A stretch of DNA of 57,216 nt. Origin: an uncultured Candidatus Saccharibacteria bacterium (GTDB lineage: Bacteria > Patescibacteriota > Minisyncoccia > Phycocordibacterales > UBA2100). This document shows positions 52,389 to 57,216 of this stretch, one piece after another. The position numbers were made by a program, and so were the translations under genes. The notes beneath the pieces are model-generated. The model had not been told where the DNA came from, ran no database searches, and saw only the letters and a program-made list of their open reading frames with translations. The first letter of the stretch is position 1. The number at the start of each line of letters is the position of its first letter. Where the stretch lies: the NCBI GenBank assembly GCA_964424265.1, contig CAYRHX010000006.1, forward strand, positions 1 through 57,216. The letters are read 5' to 3'.

Positions 52389-53573
52389 ATGTTTGGAAGA
52401 CACAGACGTGTATACGTGGATTACGCGAGTGCGACTCCGCTCATTCCCGAGGCGCTCCGGGCGATGAATGATGCCGAGAAATGTTTCGGCAATCCTGGGT
52501 CTATCCACACTGAAGGCGTGGTCGCCATGCAGACGCTTGAGCGTGCGCGCGAAGGCGTTGCGCATGAATTGGGATGCAAATCGCGGCAGATCATTTTTAC
52601 GTCTGGCCTATCCGAAAGCAATAATCTTGCCATTTTAGGCTTCGCGCGAAGGAGGGGAATTTCTGGGGAAAGTCTCACGGGGACTCACTGGATCACAAGC
52701 TCGATCGAGCACGATTCTGTGCTGGAGTGCTTTGGGGAAATTGAGCGATTGGGAGGAAGTGTCACGTTTGTTGATCCACATCCGAATGGCATGATTACTC
52801 CCGAAAGTATCGCGCTCGCGCTTCGCGCCGAGACCGTCCTCATATCTATCGGATGGGGGAACAACGAAATAGGCACGGTACAAGAGCTTTCCAAAATAGC
52901 CCGGGTGATACGCGCGCATGAGAAAAAGTATCAGACAAGAATCTTCTTTCACTCCGACGCCGGGCAAGCTCCACTCTACATTTCGCCGCAGGTGCATACG
53001 CTTGGGGTAGACATGCTCGCACTCGGATCGGGTAAGCTCTACGGACCCCGATCCATCGGCGCCCTCTACGTGGGTGACGCGCAATCAATAGCCGCTTTGA
53101 TCCTTGGCGGCGGACAGGAAAAAGGGCTTCGCGCGGGGACCGAAACGGTAGTTCCTGCCATAGGATTTGCAAAAGCACTCGAGGTAATCTCTAAGGAGAG
53201 GAGTGAAGAAGGGAAGCGTTTGCGAATTTTGCGTGATGATTTTGCCCGCGAGATCATTGCGCGAATTCCGGGGGCCGTGATCAACGGTGATCTGCGACAC
53301 GCATTGCCTCACATGCTCAATATTTCTGTTCCCGGAGATCGAAATGGCGAATATCTCGTGCTGCAACTCGATCATGCTGGGGTCGCGCTTTCCACCAAGA
53401 GCGCTTGCAGGGCGGGCGAGGCGCGATCGCACGTGGTTTCTGCTCTTGCAGGCGACTCCCCAACGATCGGATGGCGTGCAGAGAACACGCTGCGGTTTTC
53501 TTTTGGGCGCGCAACGACGGATCGTGAAATTGCATACGCCAGCAAAGCGCTTTCGCGACTTTTCCCACATTGA
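52389..53573 (+). CDS. Class V aminotransferase / cysteine desulfurase (NifS/IscS-like)
   Basis: ORF trimmed to ATG 52389, preceded by AGGAAG. VYVDYASATP, PLP-Lys context LGSGKLYGPRSIGALYV, and an active-site Cys loop STKSACRAG. Confidence 0.8.
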   Translation: MFGRHRRVYVDYASATPLIPEALRAMNDAEKCFGNPGSIHTEGVVAMQTLERAREGVAHELGCKSRQIIFTSGLSESNNLAILGFARRRGISGESLTGTHWITSSIEHDSVLECFGEIERLGGSVTFVDPHPNGMITPESIALALRAETVLISIGWGNNEIGTVQELSKIARVIRAHEKKYQTRIFFHSDAGQAPLYISPQVHTLGVDMLALGSGKLYGPRSIGALYVGDAQSIAALILGGGQEKGLRAGTETVVPAIGFAKALEVISKERSEEGKRLRILRDDFAREIIARIPGAVINGDLRHALPHMLNISVPGDRNGEYLVLQLDHAGVALSTKSACRAGEARSHVVSALAGDSPTIGWRAENTLRFSFGRATTDREIAYASKALSRLFPH

Positions 53574-53602
53574 TTTTTGGGTGTTTGTGGTACGATGCGG
53601 AT

Positions 53603-54415
53603 ATGAACATCGAACAGCTTACGAAATCTCAGATCGTTCTCCTCACGCTCCTCGTTTCCTTCGTCACATCGATCGCGACAGGAATCGTCACCGTGTCGCT
53701 CATGGATCAGGCGCCTCCCGCGATCGCACAGACCGTCAATCGAATCATCGAGCGAACCGTCGAGAAGGTGGTGCCTCAGGGCCAGAGCGCCGCAAGCGTC
53801 ATAACGCAAGAGAAGACCGTTGTGATCAGGGAGTCGGCCCTTATTTCGCAGGCCATTAGTCACATAGAACCATCCGTCGTTCGTCTGTATACGAGCGTTG
53901 TAGAAGATCCCGAATTTCTCGGCTTTGGAATAGTGACCGACGGCAAGGGCACCATTGTAAGTGGAGCAGTCTTGGGAGAGATGGAAAGCGCCGTCGCCGA
54001 ACTTGACGACAAGAGCCGCGTACGCGCATATGTCGATTCCACGGATGCGAAATCCGGTCTGGTCTCATTTGCGACTGCTACGACGACCGTCGATGGAAAG
54101 TCAATCACGTGGCACCCCGCATCCTTTGCGGGAAAAGCTCCGATGCTTGGCGAGACCGTGATCGCTCTCACTGGGAAGTCCGTATCACGTATAGCGGCCG
54201 GGCTCGTTACCACACTTCTCCCGCCTACCGATGAGGTATTACTACAAACCATCGACACCGACATCGACCCCAACTTGATTCTCCCCGGTTCGCCGATTGT
54301 TGATGCGGATGGGAGTTTGGTAGGTATAAGTACCTCCATATCGCGCGCGGTTTCAACCTCCGGGTTTATACCGGCCACCATTCTCTTAAAACCTGAAGAA
54401 AAAGAGGCTCCCTAA
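53603..54415 (+). CDS. Membrane-anchored trypsin-like (HtrA/S1C-like) domain protein
   Basis: ORF trimmed to ATG 53603. N-terminal TM. PSVVRLY...GFGIVTDGKGTIVS...LPGSPIVDADGSLVGIST resembles the chymotrypsin fold, but the GDSGGP-type serine box is reduced to PGSP. Confidence 0.55.
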   Translation: MNIEQLTKSQIVLLTLLVSFVTSIATGIVTVSLMDQAPPAIAQTVNRIIERTVEKVVPQGQSAASVITQEKTVVIRESALISQAISHIEPSVVRLYTSVVEDPEFLGFGIVTDGKGTIVSGAVLGEMESAVAELDDKSRVRAYVDSTDAKSGLVSFATATTTVDGKSITWHPASFAGKAPMLGETVIALTGKSVSRIAAGLVTTLLPPTDEVLLQTIDTDIDPNLILPGSPIVDADGSLVGISTSISRAVSTSGFIPATILLKPEEKEAP

Positions 54416-54479
54416 CGCGGGTCATTGGCTTTTTTCCACAAATGTCGTATAGTATTAAGCAGCAGTAATTACAAAGAAT

Positions 54480-57191
54480 ATGGCACCATTCAACAATTAC
54501 ACAACTAAAGCAAAGGAGGCAATACACCGCTCGCATCAGCTCGCGGTCGAACGCGGCCACAACCAAGTTTCCACGCTCCATCTTTTTGCGGCGCTTTTGA
54601 TGCAAGAGGAAACGATGGTGTTGCCGATGCTCGAGCAAATAGAGGTAGACATCGCGCACCTCAGCGACTCAGTTCTCGAGCTGATCGAGGGTGGGGGAGG
54701 TAATACCGCCGTGTCGCCTTCGTTTCAGCTGTACCTCACTCCTGAACTTGTGCGCGTGTTTGAGGCGGCGCCACGAATCGCGGCGTCTTTCAATGATCAA
54801 TTCGTGTCTCCCGAGCACCTCTTGCTTGGTCTCGCAGAGCATCCTGGGCCGGCAGCCGAAATACTCACGCGCTTCAAGATTGATCGTACTGCGCTCGCGC
54901 GTGTCCTCACGGATATAAAAGAGGGAAAGATTCGCGAGACCGAGACTACATCCAAATCACGTGCACTAACGCGCTTCGCTCGATCGCTTACGGATCGGGC
55001 GCGTGAAAATAAGCTCGACCCTGTCATCGGTCGCGACACCGAGATTACGCGCGTGATTCAAATACTGTCGCGACGAACAAAAAACAATCCTATATTGATC
55101 GGTGAGGCCGGAGTGGGTAAGACCGCCGTTGCGGAGGGTTTGGCCCAACGTATCGCGAGCGGGGACGTGCCCGAGTCGCTGCGAGACAAGGAGTTGGTCC
55201 AACTTGATCTCGGGCTTTTGATTGCGGGCACTAAATACCGAGGAGAGTTTGAAGAGAGACTTAAGGCAGTCATGAAGGAGGTAGAGCGATCAGAAGGCAA
55301 AATCATCCTCTTCATCGACGAGATTCATACGCTCGTCGGCGCAGGCGCGGCCGAAGGCTCTATGGACGCATCAAATATGTTGAAGCCGGCGCTCGCGCGA
55401 GGAGAAATTCGAGTCGTTGGCGCCACGACACTCAAGGAATATCAGAAACACATTGAGCACGACGCAGCGCTCACGCGGCGATTTCAGCCGGTCTATGTAA
55501 ATGAGCCGACAGTCGAAGACGCTATTTCTATTTTGCGCGGCCTTAAAGAGCGTTACGAGCTCTACCACGGAGTGCACATTACGGATGACGCAATGGTGGC
55601 AGCGGTACAGCTTTCTGCGCGCTACATTACGGAGCGATTTTTGCCGGATAAAGCGATCGATCTGATCGACGAGGCATCGTCCGCTTTGCGGCTCTCACTC
55701 GAAAACAAACCCCCGATCCTTGAAGAGGCGCATCGTAAGGTGTCGCGACTTGAGATCGAGCGCGAAGCTCTAAAGAAGGAAGCGGAAGCGAGTGAAGGAA
55801 AAGCTCGTGCGCGAGTGAAGTCCATAGAGAAGGAGGTGGCGGATTTGCGCGATTCGACACGCGAACTTGAGATGAAGTGGAAAAATGAAAAAGAGACGCT
55901 CGCCGAGATCAAGCGCGCGAAAGGAGATCTGGAGAAGAGTCGACTCGAAGCTGACGCCGCAGAAAGCATTTCAGATTTCACGAAAACTGCAGAGTTGCGG
56001 TACGGAAAGATCCCTCAGCTCGAGCGTGAAATAGACGTCGCACAAAAGCGGCTCAAAAAGCTGCAACAGACGCGCCGAGTTCTCAAAGAAGAAGTTACCG
56101 AGGAAGACATAGCCGCCGTGGTTTCTCGCTGGACTGGTGTGCCTGTATTTCGCATGCTCGAGGAAGAGGCAGAGAAGCTCTCACGCATGGAGGTTGAGCT
56201 GAAGAAGCGCATCGTTGGTCAGGAGGAGGCGGTGCAAAAGGTCTCCGACGCGATCAAGCGTTCGCGCGCGGGGATTGCTGATCCAAATCATCCGGTAGGT
56301 TCTTTCTTGTTCCTCGGTCCGACAGGAGTCGGAAAGACCGAGCTGACACGCGCGCTCGCAGAGTTTCTCTTCAACAGCGAAAAATCACTCATTCGAGTTG
56401 ATATGTCGGAATATATGGAGAAGCATTCAGTATCGAAGATGATAGGTTCTCCTCCCGGCTACGTCGGTCACGATGAAGGAGGAGGGCTCACGGAGCTCGT
56501 GAGGCACCGCCCGTATTCCGTCATTCTTTTTGATGAGATCGAAAAAGCGCATCCCGAGGTATTCAATGTGCTCTTGCAAGTGCTTGACGACGGACGACTC
56601 ACCGATGCAAAGGGTCGCACGGTCAACTTCAAGAACTGCGTCATCATCATGACCTCAAACATTGGCTCTGAACATATCGACAAAATGTCGGGTCTTGGAT
56701 TTGGAAGTGGCCTCACGCGTACTGAAGACGAACGCTACACGCAGGTGAAGGACAAGGTAATGGGTTCGCTCAAAGATTTCTTCCGCCCCGAGTTTCTCAA
56801 TCGCCTCGACGAAATTGTCCTCTTCAACATTCTGTCGAATGATGCGATCTCAGACATTGTGCGCATGCAAATCGAAATTGTCGCGAAGAGATTGGAGGAA
56901 AAACAAATCGCACTTTCGCTCACCGACGCCGCTCTCGCCCACCTCGCGAAGGAGGGATACAACCCTCAATACGGCGCCCGCCCGCTCAAACGTCTCATTC
57001 AGACCAAGATTCTCACCACCGTCGCAAATCTCATGGTCGCACGAGGTATCCTCGAAGGAGGGTCCGTCACTGTGGATTTCAAACCGGAGGCGGGGGCTGA
57101 TGGGAAGGGAGATTTCACTTTCGACATTCGCAAAGGTCCTGAGCGTCAACGCGGCGTCCGAGCTCGCGCAAAGAGCTCTGTTGGTGCATAA
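54480..57191 (+). CDS. clpB: ATP-dependent chaperone/disaggregase ClpB
   Basis: 903 aa. Clp N-repeat, two AAA+ modules (GEAGVGKTA and GPTGVGKTE), a long coiled-coil M-domain between them, and a GARPLKR sensor. Confidence 0.95.
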   Translation: MAPFNNYTTKAKEAIHRSHQLAVERGHNQVSTLHLFAALLMQEETMVLPMLEQIEVDIAHLSDSVLELIEGGGGNTAVSPSFQLYLTPELVRVFEAAPRIAASFNDQFVSPEHLLLGLAEHPGPAAEILTRFKIDRTALARVLTDIKEGKIRETETTSKSRALTRFARSLTDRARENKLDPVIGRDTEITRVIQILSRRTKNNPILIGEAGVGKTAVAEGLAQRIASGDVPESLRDKELVQLDLGLLIAGTKYRGEFEERLKAVMKEVERSEGKIILFIDEIHTLVGAGAAEGSMDASNMLKPALARGEIRVVGATTLKEYQKHIEHDAALTRRFQPVYVNEPTVEDAISILRGLKERYELYHGVHITDDAMVAAVQLSARYITERFLPDKAIDLIDEASSALRLSLENKPPILEEAHRKVSRLEIEREALKKEAEASEGKARARVKSIEKEVADLRDSTRELEMKWKNEKETLAEIKRAKGDLEKSRLEADAAESISDFTKTAELRYGKIPQLEREIDVAQKRLKKLQQTRRVLKEEVTEEDIAAVVSRWTGVPVFRMLEEEAEKLSRMEVELKKRIVGQEEAVQKVSDAIKRSRAGIADPNHPVGSFLFLGPTGVGKTELTRALAEFLFNSEKSLIRVDMSEYMEKHSVSKMIGSPPGYVGHDEGGGLTELVRHRPYSVILFDEIEKAHPEVFNVLLQVLDDGRLTDAKGRTVNFKNCVIIMTSNIGSEHIDKMSGLGFGSGLTRTEDERYTQVKDKVMGSLKDFFRPEFLNRLDEIVLFNILSNDAISDIVRMQIEIVAKRLEEKQIALSLTDAALAHLAKEGYNPQYGARPLKRLIQTKILTTVANLMVARGILEGGSVTVDFKPEAGADGKGDFTFDIRKGPERQRGVRARAKSSVGA

Positions 57192-57216
57192 TATCCGCAC
57201 TGCGTCGGTGGCAGAG

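Noticed and set aside
1-57216. CRISPR arrays, rRNA genes, integrases and classic IS elements
   Set aside because: I saw no regularly spaced short direct repeats and no rRNA-like conserved blocks. No tyrosine/serine recombinase or DDE transposase ORF is present in the track. The only transposase-like gene is the RAYT at 41175-41858.

Overview
This is a 57.2-kb, gene-dense bacterial chromosomal window. It uses the standard genetic code: TGA, TAA and TAG all terminate well-supported genes. By eye the GC content is about 50%, with two local GC-rich patches.

Gene content fits an uncultivated small-genome lineage such as Patescibacteria/CPR, but that is inference only. The supporting features are a short IF-2, a DapL-type lysine pathway, a stand-alone AICAR-transformylase half of PurH, an extended S21, many tiny 2-TM pilin-like proteins, and REP hairpins with a RAYT transposase.

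Core backbone:
- pyrF-pyrE
- dapF-dapL-dapA-dapB and lysA
- trxB, ftsZ-ftsA-ybeY-rpsU
- a hisS-like gene, lepB, pth, rpsA, gyrA
- rbfA-infB, a NifS-like desulfurase, clpB
- six tRNAs: Ser-CGA, Glu-TTC, Leu-TAG, Lys-CTT, Leu-TAA, Cys-GCA

Accessory or unusual parts:
1. A nuclease/helicase/Fic island at 1-7.8 kb abuts tRNA-Ser. It includes a translationally coupled Fic + AEP-primase/SF2-helicase pair, which is my best protein-level candidate for an uncharacterised conflict system.
2. Two GC-rich genes, MntP-like and a SAM methyltransferase, flank a PaaX-like regulator. A palindromic operator-like motif is shared between that regulator and a tandem pair of membrane paralogues.
3. A NYN-nuclease cassette is bracketed by a duplicated trxB 3' end.
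4. A ~150-nt palindromic element occurs in two copies.
5. A 1.1-kb ORF-free, hairpin-dense region upstream of an MNT-HEPN toxin-antitoxin pair holds two paralogous modules with shared end motifs. This is my best RNA-level candidate.
6. A RAYT transposase is flanked by REP hairpins.
7. One operon runs methyltransferase, solute-binding protein, then five small pilin-like membrane proteins.

No CRISPR array and no rRNA were seen. All calls come from reading the sequence and the ORF track; no searches were run.
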